Of a stretch of 64,000 bases of DNA, positions 9,105 to 17,137 are shown piece by piece. The notes beneath the pieces were generated by a model. It was given only the letters and a program-made list of their open reading frames with translations. It did not search any database and was not told where the DNA came from. Both the position numbers and the translations under genes were made by a program. The DNA lies in the NCBI GenBank assembly GCA_038060895.1, contig JBBTCT010000009.1, positions 144,082 through 208,081 of the forward strand, in the 5' to 3' direction. This DNA comes from Planctomycetota bacterium. GTDB lineage: Bacteria > Planctomycetota > MHYJ01 > WSZJ01. Each line of letters opens with the position of its first letter. Position 1 is the stretch's first letter.

Positions 9105-11540
9105 ATGCTCCGCTGGAAACTCGCCGTGGTGTGCGCGGTCCTTATGGCGTTTGCGATCCCGGCAGTCGCTTTGGCTGGCGACACGGACAAGGACGAACTG
9201 CGCGCGAAGATTCTGAAGAAAGTCGAAGAGCGCCTGAAAGAAGAGAACAAGCGGGTGCTCGACGAGGTGAAGAAGATCCTCGACGAGGAGCTTGGAAAGC
9301 TGGAAGAGGCGGACGAGCCGCCGCCGAAGAAGGAACCGAAGAAGGAACCCAAGCCGGAGCCGAAGAAAGAGCCGAAGAAGGACCCGAAGCCTGCCCCGAA
9401 GGAAACGGACGAGCCGGGGTACCTGGGCGTGAGCCCGGACGACATCACGGACTCGATGCGGAAGCTGTTGAAGCTGGAAGAGGGCCAGGGAGTGCTGATT
9501 TCCGGGCTCGCGGAGAACGGGCCGGCGGCGAAGGCCGGGCTCAGGCCGAACGACATCGTGCTTGCGGTGGACGGCGAACCGGTGGGGAACGCGGAGGAAC
9601 TTCGCGAGCAGGTGCAGTCGCACCATGTCGGCGAATCCGTGAAGCTGTCCGTGCTGCGCAAGAAGGAGAAGATCGACATCAAGGTGAAGCTGGTGGCGCG
9701 GGCCAGCATTGAGCCGGCGGAGCCGGAGATGGACCCGGGCGACGAAGGCGACGAATCGGATGAAGAGGACGAGCCGCCGGCGAAGAAGCCGAAGGTCGTG
9801 TTCGAGCCGCGCGCCGAGGCGCCGAAGTTCAGCGACAAGACCGCGGCGCAGCTTCGCGACGAGATCCGCAAGTTCCTCGACGAGACGCTGAAGGCCGCGA
9901 AAACGGAGAACACCGAAAAGCCGAAGACGAAGAAGATCCTGCTTCCGGGCGGCAACTTCAACATCGGCGATGAGGACGAAGAAGAAGGCGACGAGGAACC
10001 CGCCGTTCCCTCCGGCAAGGAGATGCGCGAGAAGTTCAAGCAGCTCCTGCGTGACATGCTCGAACGCATGGAAGCCGAGGACAACGGGGAGGAGGCGGAG
10101 CCCTTCAATTTCGACGAAGAGCTCAAAAAGCTGATGGAGCAGTTCAAGGGTCAGCGCTCGGAAGAGATGGAGAAGCTTAAAGAGCAGCTCCAGGAGCAGC
10201 TCGGGAAGCTGCAGGACAGTGAATTGCTTGAGAAGCTCATGGAAGGCATGAAGGGCATGGAGCTTCCGGACGCTCTGAAGCGGCTTCTTGGCGGCGCGGG
10301 AGGCGAGGATGACGAGGACCTGACGGAGCCCGAGGAAGAACCGGCGCCGAAGGAAGAACCGAAATCTGACCCGAAGAAGGGCGGCAAGGCGTGGCTCGGC
10401 GTCGGCCCGGACGAGGTTTCCGAGGAGATGCTGAAGCAGCTCAAGATCGAGTCGGGCGTGCTGGTTCGCGAAGTCGTCGCGGGCAGCCCGGCGGCCGAGG
10501 CGGGGATGAAAGAAGGCGACATCATCCTGTCGATCGACGGGCAGGACCTGGCCGGCCCCGAGGACCTGCAGGCGGCCATCGCCGCCCGCAAAGCGGGCGC
10601 GGACGCGAAGCTGCTCATTCTCCGCAAGGGAAAGACGATCGAGAAGACGGTCACCCTGGTCGCCCGCAAGAAGATCTCTTTCGACGCGAAGCCTTCGCCG
10701 TCCGTGTTCGACGCAGGCGATGATCGCGAGAAGAAGTCAAAGAAGGCCGGCAAGAAGAAGGTCGAAAAGAAGCCTGCCAGGCACGAGGAATTCCTGCCGC
10801 GTCTCGGCATGGAATTCGCAAAAAAGCAGGGCCTGCGCTTCGCCGTGCTCGACAGGAACGGCAAGGTCATCATGAGCGAGCCGATGGAGAACCTCGAAGG
10901 AATCCTGGAGATGGCCCGTAAATTCGGCTTCAAGCTTCCGGAGGGCGGAGATAGCGAGCGGCAGTACCACCTCTTCGAGTTCGGCGACGGCAAGGAAACG
11001 AAGAAGAGCGGGCAGAAACGCCAGGTGAAGAAGGGCGATCGCGAAGAATTCTCTCTCCGGGAGCGGCTGCAGCGCCACGGCGACGACGCGCGCAAGGAAA
11101 TCGAGAAGGCGATGAAGCGCTTCCATGAGCGCCACGGTGACGAAAATTTCGAGTTCAAGATGCCCGCCGAATTGAAGAAGAGACTGGAGAAGCTTCACGG
11201 CGGCGACCGGGAGCACGATTTCGAATTCCGCGTCGAGAAGCCGAAGGTTCAATCGAAAAAGGAACGATCCGGGAAGAAGCCGAAGGTCGAAATGAAGCAG
11301 GAGAAGCGCTTCAAGGTCGAACTGAAAAAAGAAGGCGGGAAGAAGCCCTCGGTGAAGCTCGAGGGCGGGGCAAAGCTCGACAAGGCGACGCTGGACCGTG
11401 TCCGCAAGGAACTCGAGAAGGCGATGAAGGATGCGGGCAGGAAGAACGTCCCGGCTGAGTTGCGCGACGAGCTGAAGGAGCTGGAGAAGGAACTCGAGAA
11501 GCTGATGAAGAAACACCGCAAGAGCATGATCGCCGCTTGA
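9105..11540 (+). CDS. secreted two-PDZ-domain protein with acidic and Lys-rich low-complexity/coiled-coil regions
   Basis: Signal peptide; PDZ1 GYLGV...GPAAKAGLRPNDIVLAVDG; PDZ2 AWLGV...GSPAAEAGMKEGDIILSIDG; PKKE repeats; SD AAGGAG. Confidence 0.85.
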   Translation: MLRWKLAVVCAVLMAFAIPAVALAGDTDKDELRAKILKKVEERLKEENKRVLDEVKKILDEELGKLEEADEPPPKKEPKKEPKPEPKKEPKKDPKPAPKETDEPGYLGVSPDDITDSMRKLLKLEEGQGVLISGLAENGPAAKAGLRPNDIVLAVDGEPVGNAEELREQVQSHHVGESVKLSVLRKKEKIDIKVKLVARASIEPAEPEMDPGDEGDESDEEDEPPAKKPKVVFEPRAEAPKFSDKTAAQLRDEIRKFLDETLKAAKTENTEKPKTKKILLPGGNFNIGDEDEEEGDEEPAVPSGKEMREKFKQLLRDMLERMEAEDNGEEAEPFNFDEELKKLMEQFKGQRSEEMEKLKEQLQEQLGKLQDSELLEKLMEGMKGMELPDALKRLLGGAGGEDDEDLTEPEEEPAPKEEPKSDPKKGGKAWLGVGPDEVSEEMLKQLKIESGVLVREVVAGSPAAEAGMKEGDIILSIDGQDLAGPEDLQAAIAARKAGADAKLLILRKGKTIEKTVTLVARKKISFDAKPSPSVFDAGDDREKKSKKAGKKKVEKKPARHEEFLPRLGMEFAKKQGLRFAVLDRNGKVIMSEPMENLEGILEMARKFGFKLPEGGDSERQYHLFEFGDGKETKKSGQKRQVKKGDREEFSLRERLQRHGDDARKEIEKAMKRFHERHGDENFEFKMPAELKKRLEKLHGGDREHDFEFRVEKPKVQSKKERSGKKPKVEMKQEKRFKVELKKEGGKKPSVKLEGGAKLDKATLDRVRKELEKAMKDAGRKNVPAELRDELKELEKELEKLMKKHRKSMIAA

Positions 11541-11626
11541 TGAGGGCCACCGGAGCCACTACGATGCTGACACTTGCCATTCAACGGCCGAAGATCGCAA
11601 CCCAGGCACAGCGGGAGGTTCGCCGC

Positions 11627-12190
11627 TTGGACCGGGAAGAAGTTGCGCTGATCCAGGCGTGTCAGCAGGGCTCCGAGGAAGCGTTCCGAGGGCTGGTGGA
11701 GCGCTACCAGAGACGCACCTACTGGATCGCGTACAACATGCTGGGGAACTACGACCTCGCGGCTGACATCAGCCAGGAGGCGTTCCTGCGCGTGTACAAA
11801 GCGATCAACCGCTTCGACCTCCAGCGCAACTTCTACACGTGGCTCTACCAGATCGTGGTCAATCTCTGCATCGACCACATGCGCAAGGAAAGCGGCGGGC
11901 GCCCGGCGCGGCTGGACGACGTCGCGGAACCGCCGGACGAGGATGCGCGGCCGGCCGGGGCGGGCGTGGAGTCGCAGGAGGTGCGCGAGGCGGTCCACCG
12001 GGTGCTCGCGAAGCTGCCACACAACTACAAGACCGTGCTGGTTCTCCGGGACCTGCAGGGGATGACGTGCGAGGAAATCGCAGAGGTCGTCGGGGCGAAC
12101 AACGCCACCGTGAGATGGCGCCTGCACATCGCTCGCAAGATGTTCAAGGACGCATGGGAAGCGGCCCATCCCGCGAAGGCAGAGGACTAA
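11627..12190 (+). CDS. ECF RNA polymerase sigma factor
   Basis: AFRGLVERYQ, DISQEAFLRVY, FYTWLYQIVVN, EEIAEVVG...TVRWRLHIARK; TTG at 11627 preceded by GGGAGG (alternative starts 11540 or 11563). Confidence 0.92.
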   Translation: MDREEVALIQACQQGSEEAFRGLVERYQRRTYWIAYNMLGNYDLAADISQEAFLRVYKAINRFDLQRNFYTWLYQIVVNLCIDHMRKESGGRPARLDDVAEPPDEDARPAGAGVESQEVREAVHRVLAKLPHNYKTVLVLRDLQGMTCEEIAEVVGANNATVRWRLHIARKMFKDAWEAAHPAKAED

Positions 12191-12194
12191 CACC

Positions 12195-13070
12195 GTGGAC
12201 TGCACACAGGCGAAAAAGATATTTCCCAGGCTCATGAGCGGCGAACTGCCGCAGGGCGCGGCGTCCGAGGCCGAGGAGCACCTCCTTGCCTGCGAGGAAT
12301 GCTCGCGTGAATTCGAGGCTTACGAGTCGCGCTTTTTCTCGCAGTACGAGCCCGCCGGGAAGGCCGTCGCGGCGGCGGCGAAATCGCCGCTTCCGGAACT
12401 GGCTCTCGAGAAATTCTACGCGGGGCTGAAGGCGCGGCTGTCGGGGGAGTGTGCGAAGGTCGAGAGTGCGTTCGCGGCATTTGCGGGAGGCGAGCTGGAC
12501 AAGGGCGCCTCCGACGGCGCGGCCTCGCACCTGCAGGCCTGCGAACCGTGCTCGAAGGCGTTCGAATCCTATGAGTCGAAAATCTTCGGGCAGTACGAAG
12601 CGGCGGGGAAGGCGCTGGCGGCGGCGCGGGCCGTGGAGCCGCCGGAGGCGGCGCTGACGGGGTTCTACCAGAAGGTGATGGCTCGGATCGTGCGCGACCG
12701 CGGCCGGTCCAGCTTCCGGCGCGCGATGGTCGGGCTGAATGCCGCTGCCGTGCTGATGATTGCGGTGTCGGTGGGCGTGCTGGTCGGACGACCCGTGAAA
12801 GACGCTCCGGCAGAAGTTGCGGGAACGAAGGAATCCGCGAAATCCGAAGAGCCGAAAGGCCTTCCTCCGCCCGTGACGCCTGACCGTGGTCTCGCCCTTC
12901 CCGCCTCGTCCGGCAGCGTCCGCCGTTTCTCGGTGGACAACGTCCGTCCCGAAACCATGTACGGCGACCCGGCGCGGCGCGCCGGCGGGCTCGAAGTCGT
13001 CCGGCCCGATGGCAACCACGGCCTGGACGAAGCCCACCCGCTCCGCGACGGCGATTCCGTGGGGTTCTAG
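12195..13070 (+). CDS. membrane anti-sigma factor with two tandem zf-HC2 (ZAS) domains
   Basis: HLLACEEC and HLQACEPC (HxxxCxxC twice) in an internal duplication of about 83 aa, then one TM; directly follows the sigma gene. Confidence 0.85.
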   Translation: MDCTQAKKIFPRLMSGELPQGAASEAEEHLLACEECSREFEAYESRFFSQYEPAGKAVAAAAKSPLPELALEKFYAGLKARLSGECAKVESAFAAFAGGELDKGASDGAASHLQACEPCSKAFESYESKIFGQYEAAGKALAAARAVEPPEAALTGFYQKVMARIVRDRGRSSFRRAMVGLNAAAVLMIAVSVGVLVGRPVKDAPAEVAGTKESAKSEEPKGLPPPVTPDRGLALPASSGSVRRFSVDNVRPETMYGDPARRAGGLEVVRPDGNHGLDEAHPLRDGDSVGF

Positions 13071-13073
13071 TCC

Positions 13074-14330
13074 ATGAAACCGTGGCGCTTCATTCTGCTC
13101 GCCCTCGCGCCCATCGCGGCGTTCCGCGCACAGGCCGACCCGCCGCCGGCCGAACCGGCCCGTGAGCGGCCGCCCGCCATCGCGCAGTGGGAAGACGGCC
13201 TGCGAACGCTCGTCGACGGCGCGCGCCCCTGGCTGGTCCAGATCGCCTGCCACTACAAGGTCGATGAACAGAAGGACGGCGGGTTTTCCTTCGCCAACGA
13301 ATTCAGCGGCGTGGTTCTCTCGGTCGAGAACGGTGAAGTCTATGTCGTGACGGTCGGAAGCGCCGTTCGCGGCGCGCGCAAAGTCGAGGTCATCGCGCCC
13401 GACGGGAACGATTTCTCGGCCGAGACGGTCGGGCTCGACGAGGTCACCAATCTCGCGGTCGTCCGGTTCGACCCGGGCGATGCGAAATTCACGCCGGCGC
13501 GTTTCGGCGACTCCGACAAGGTCCGGCCAGGGAGCTTTGTCCTCGCTCTCGGAAATCCCTTCGGCCTCGAAGGCTCGGTGTCGAACGGGATCGTGAGCGG
13601 CGTGAAGCGTTCGATCGGCGGCACGATCCAGCCGATGATGGGCATGCTGCAGGTCACGGCGCCGATCAACCCCGGCGACGCGGGCGGCCTGCTCCTCGAT
13701 TCCCGCGGCGACGTGATCGGCGTCCTCGCTTCGACGTTTCAGCGCGCTTCGGCCTACGACGACCTCGAAGGAGTTTTCGACAAGTTCCTTGAGGGATTCG
13801 ACTGGGAGAAATTTCTCGAGAAGGTGAAGCAGAAGAAAGACGGGCAGGAACTTCTGCCGGGAGACCTGAAGAGCCTCGTCGAGAAGCTCATGAACGAGCG
13901 CAAGAAAGCGCTTCTCAAGAGCCGCCGCAACGATCTTCTCTCGGTCCAGCAGCTCGGCGCGGAAGGAATCAACTTCGCCATCCCGTCGAACCTGGTGCGC
14001 GTGATCGCTGGCCAGTTGAAGGCCAACGGCAAGGTCGAGCGCGGGTACCTCGGCATCCGCGTCATGCCGCTGGAAAATGCGCTTCGCAAGCACCTCGGGC
14101 TTCAGCCGGGCCGCGGTCTCGTGGTGACGCTGATCGAGCCGGGCTCACCTGCGGCCCAGGCGGGGCTTCAGTTGTACGACGTCATCATGGAGGTGGACGG
14201 CAAGGACGTCAGCGACGTCAGCTCCCTCGCCGAGATCATCGGCGGCAAGAAGCAGGGCGATTCCGTGATTCTGAAGGTGCGCCGTGGCCAGGAGGACAAG
14301 GACCTGTCCGCGATCCTCGGCAAAAAGTAG
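13074..14330 (+). CDS. HtrA/DegP-like trypsin-fold + PDZ protein with degenerate catalytic triad (pseudoprotease)
   Basis: HtrA scaffold (FGDSDKV, LALGNPFGL, GIVSG, GINFAIP, RGYLGI), but VTVGSAV / TNLAV / PGDAGG where H, D and S are expected. Confidence 0.85.
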   Translation: MKPWRFILLALAPIAAFRAQADPPPAEPARERPPAIAQWEDGLRTLVDGARPWLVQIACHYKVDEQKDGGFSFANEFSGVVLSVENGEVYVVTVGSAVRGARKVEVIAPDGNDFSAETVGLDEVTNLAVVRFDPGDAKFTPARFGDSDKVRPGSFVLALGNPFGLEGSVSNGIVSGVKRSIGGTIQPMMGMLQVTAPINPGDAGGLLLDSRGDVIGVLASTFQRASAYDDLEGVFDKFLEGFDWEKFLEKVKQKKDGQELLPGDLKSLVEKLMNERKKALLKSRRNDLLSVQQLGAEGINFAIPSNLVRVIAGQLKANGKVERGYLGIRVMPLENALRKHLGLQPGRGLVVTLIEPGSPAAQAGLQLYDVIMEVDGKDVSDVSSLAEIIGGKKQGDSVILKVRRGQEDKDLSAILGKK

Positions 14331-14358
14331 CCCTTCGACTCGCTGCACTCGCTCAGGG
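14331..14358 (+). repeat. 28-bp dispersed REP-like repeat CCCTTCGACTCGCTGCACTCGCTCAGGG
   Basis: 26/28 identical to the reverse complement of 21187-21214; starts immediately after a stop codon. Confidence 0.75.
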
Positions 14359-14415
14359 CGAACCGGGTCGATGGTGTGTGAAAACCTGAGAGTCCAACCA
14401 GTCCGGAGGATTGCG

Positions 14416-15357
14416 ATGCGCAGGTTTCTGCTGCCGTGCGCGATGCTGATGCTCGGAGGTCTCGCCTGGGCCCTGGAGGACGACGTTGCAGGGTGGATCA
14501 AGGACCTGGCCAGTCCGGAGCAGAAGACACGCGAGGCCGCGGCGGAGAACCTCGAAAAGGCCGGCGACCGCGCTCGGGGAGCTCTGGAAGAGGCGACGAA
14601 GTCCGAGGACCCTGAAGTCGCGTCGGAGGCGGCCGACATCCTGAAGCGGATGGCGCCGGGGGCGCGAAAGGACGAGGCCCCGAAGCAGAAGCGGCGGGTG
14701 CTCGTTCCGCTTCGCTCGAGTTCGATGCGCATCATCCTGAACGGGCAGGGAGGCCAGACGTCGATCCAGGAGGACTCGAACGGTCGGGTGGTGGTGAAGG
14801 AGACGCGCGACGGCAAGACGACGGAATACGCGGCCGATTCGCGCGAGGCGTTCACGGAGAAGTACCCGGAGGTTGCGAAAAAATACGGCCTGGACAAGGA
14901 CAATGGCGGACTCAGGCTCGACACCGGCAAGGACACGCCGGAAGCGGAGGAACTGGAGAAGCGCATCGAGGAGCTGCGCCGGGAAACCGAGGAACGCCTG
15001 CGCAAGCTGCGGGGCGCGAAAGATCTCGACAAGGACGAGCAGGACCTGAGGGAAGCGCTGGAAGAGCGGGAGAAGGCGGAAAAGAGCCGCGGCGTGTTCG
15101 GCGTGGAAATCGCCTCCGTGGACGAAGCCCTTCGATACCAGCTCGACATTCCCGAAGGAGGTGTGCTCGTTCAGTCCGTTGAGAAGGGCTCGCGCGCCGG
15201 GCGCCTCGGACTTCAAAAGCACGACATCCTGCTGACGCTCAACGGCAAACCGGTTTCAACGGCACCGGACATCCGGTCCGCGCTCGACGCCGAAGGACCC
15301 GCTACCGCAGAGATCATCCGCGAAGGCGACCGCCAGGCGCTTCGCGAAAAGGAGTAA
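14416..15357 (+). CDS. secreted HEAT-like + PDZ domain protein
   Basis: SD GGAGGA; signal peptide; DLASPEQKTREAAAENL...DPEV (HEAT-like); C-terminal PDZ (FGVEI...GSRAGRLGLQKHDILLTLNG). Confidence 0.8.
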   Translation: MRRFLLPCAMLMLGGLAWALEDDVAGWIKDLASPEQKTREAAAENLEKAGDRARGALEEATKSEDPEVASEAADILKRMAPGARKDEAPKQKRRVLVPLRSSSMRIILNGQGGQTSIQEDSNGRVVVKETRDGKTTEYAADSREAFTEKYPEVAKKYGLDKDNGGLRLDTGKDTPEAEELEKRIEELRRETEERLRKLRGAKDLDKDEQDLREALEEREKAEKSRGVFGVEIASVDEALRYQLDIPEGGVLVQSVEKGSRAGRLGLQKHDILLTLNGKPVSTAPDIRSALDAEGPATAEIIREGDRQALREKE

Positions 15358-15373
15358 CGCTCCCCGCCGCATC

Positions 15374-16516
15374 ATGTCCGCTCAAATCCGCGTCACGCTG
15401 GTCCTGGTCTTTCTCGCCGGCCTCGGCCTCGGCGCGAGCCTCTTCAAGCTCTTCGCCCAGTCGCGACCCGCGCTTCCCGAAGACGCCGCCCGCGAGAATG
15501 CGTTCTCGGAAATCGCGAAACTCGAGGGCACGCTCAAGTCGTTTCCGGCCGTCGCCGCCCTCGCTTCGGAAAGCGTGGTCAGCATCAAGACCGAGCGCAC
15601 CGTGGAAGGCGGCTTCATGCGGCGGCCGGAATCTTCGCGAGGGAGCGGCTTCGTGGTGGACGAGGCGGGGTACATCCTGACGAACGACCACGTGATTGCG
15701 GATGCCACGAAGGTGCGTGTGGTGCTGCCTGGCGGGGAAGAAGTCGAGCCGAAGCTGGTGGGGACGGACCCCGCGACGGACATTGCGTTGCTGAAGGTGG
15801 AGGCGAAGGGACTGAGGCCTGCGAGGCTCGGGGACAGCGACGGAGTCGTGGTTGGGGAGTGGGTGATGGCGGTGGGGTCGCCGTACGGACTGTCGAACAC
15901 GGTGACGGCGGGGATTGTGTCCGCCAAGGGCCGCAGCGGCGTGAGCGGGATCGCGTACGAGGGATACATCCAGACGGACGCGGCGGTGAACCCGGGGAAC
16001 AGCGGCGGGCCGCTGGTGAATTTGCGCGGCGAGGTGATCGGGATCACGAGCGCGATCCTGTCGAAGTCCGGCGGCTACGACGGGATTTCGTTTGCGATTC
16101 CGGTGAACCGGGCGAAGGACGTGATGGAGCAGCTGAAGAAGAGCGGCGCGGTGGTGCGCGGGTACGTCGGCGCCAAGTTCGCCGACCTGAACGACGAGCT
16201 GGTCCGGTGGGTGAATGAGGCGACGACGCTCCGGGTGGCGGACGTCCCGGACATGCGGAAGAAGCTGAAGTACGGGGACACGGCGGGCGCCTTCATTTAC
16301 GAGGTGATCGAGGGGGGCCCGGCCCAGCGCGCGGGGCTGCGGCTGGGGGATTTTGTGACGGAGTTCAACGGGGAGGCGGTCACCTCGGTTCCCGACCTGA
16401 AGGAACGGATCGCGAGGATTTCGCCGGGGCAGGAAGTGGAGGTGTCGTACCTGCGGGGCGGGGGGAAGCAGACGGCGCGGCTGGCGGTGGCCAGGCGGCC
16501 GACGATGGGGAGGTGA
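15374..16516 (+). CDS. htrA: HtrA/DegP-family serine protease with PDZ domain (intact triad)
   Basis: GSGF, ILTNDHV, TDIAL, IQTDAAVNPGNSGGPL; N-terminal TM/signal; one PDZ domain. Confidence 0.92.
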   Translation: MSAQIRVTLVLVFLAGLGLGASLFKLFAQSRPALPEDAARENAFSEIAKLEGTLKSFPAVAALASESVVSIKTERTVEGGFMRRPESSRGSGFVVDEAGYILTNDHVIADATKVRVVLPGGEEVEPKLVGTDPATDIALLKVEAKGLRPARLGDSDGVVVGEWVMAVGSPYGLSNTVTAGIVSAKGRSGVSGIAYEGYIQTDAAVNPGNSGGPLVNLRGEVIGITSAILSKSGGYDGISFAIPVNRAKDVMEQLKKSGAVVRGYVGAKFADLNDELVRWVNEATTLRVADVPDMRKKLKYGDTAGAFIYEVIEGGPAQRAGLRLGDFVTEFNGEAVTSVPDLKERIARISPGQEVEVSYLRGGGKQTARLAVARRPTMGR

Positions 16517-16545
16517 TGGGGACGTCGGGGAAAATCGAGAGCCGC

Positions 16546-16574
16546 TTGACAGCGGTCCTGCGGGGTCGTACAAT
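16546..16574 (+). promoter_or_regulatory. sigma70-type promoter for moaC-aas
   Basis: TTGACA (16546-16551), 17 bp, TACAAT (16569-16574). Confidence 0.8.
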
Positions 16575-16597
16575 GTGAGTGAACGTTCACTCGCATT
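16572..16597. promoter_or_regulatory. palindromic operator overlapping the predicted transcription start
   Basis: Perfect 16-bp palindrome GAGTGAACGTTCACTC (16577-16592), extending to 26 bp with one mismatched pair. Confidence 0.7.
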
Positions 16598-16654
16598 CAG
16601 GGTCTGCCCCACCTCTGCTTGCACCCCCCGCCCCCTTTCGGTTCACTTCCCCCC

Positions 16655-17137
16655 GTGAAACGCCGCCTCACCCACCTCGATCGCTCCGGCCGCGCCCACA
16701 TGGTCGATGTCGGCGCCAAACGAGTCACCCAACGCATGGCGGTCGCCGAAGCCGTCGTCCACATGCGCCCGGAGACTCTTCGACTCGTCCTCGCCGGCGG
16801 GATCAAGAAAGGCGACGCCTTCGCCGTCTCCCGCCTCGCCGGGATCATGGCCGCCAAGCAAGTGCCGGCGATCATCCCGCTCTGCCACGCCATCTCCCTC
16901 ACCTCCGTCGCCGTCGATCTCAAGCCCGAACCCCCCGGAGCCGTCCGCATCACCGCCACAGCCCGGGCCAGCGACAAGACCGGCGTTGAAATGGAGGCGC
17001 TCACTGCCGCCGCAGTCGCCGCCCTCTCGCTCTACGACATGGCCAAGGCCGTGGATCGCGAAATGACCATCGATTCGCTTCGCCTCCTCGAAAAGGCAGG
17101 AGGCCGCTCGGGGCACTTCAAGAGGAAACGGTCGTGA
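16655..17137 (+). CDS. moaC: cyclic pyranopterin monophosphate synthase MoaC
   Basis: LTHLD...AHMVDVGAK, IPLCH, TGVEMEAL, LYDMAKAVD, LLEKAGGRSG; GTG at 16655. Confidence 0.95.
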   Translation: MKRRLTHLDRSGRAHMVDVGAKRVTQRMAVAEAVVHMRPETLRLVLAGGIKKGDAFAVSRLAGIMAAKQVPAIIPLCHAISLTSVAVDLKPEPPGAVRITATARASDKTGVEMEALTAAAVAALSLYDMAKAVDREMTIDSLRLLEKAGGRSGHFKRKRS

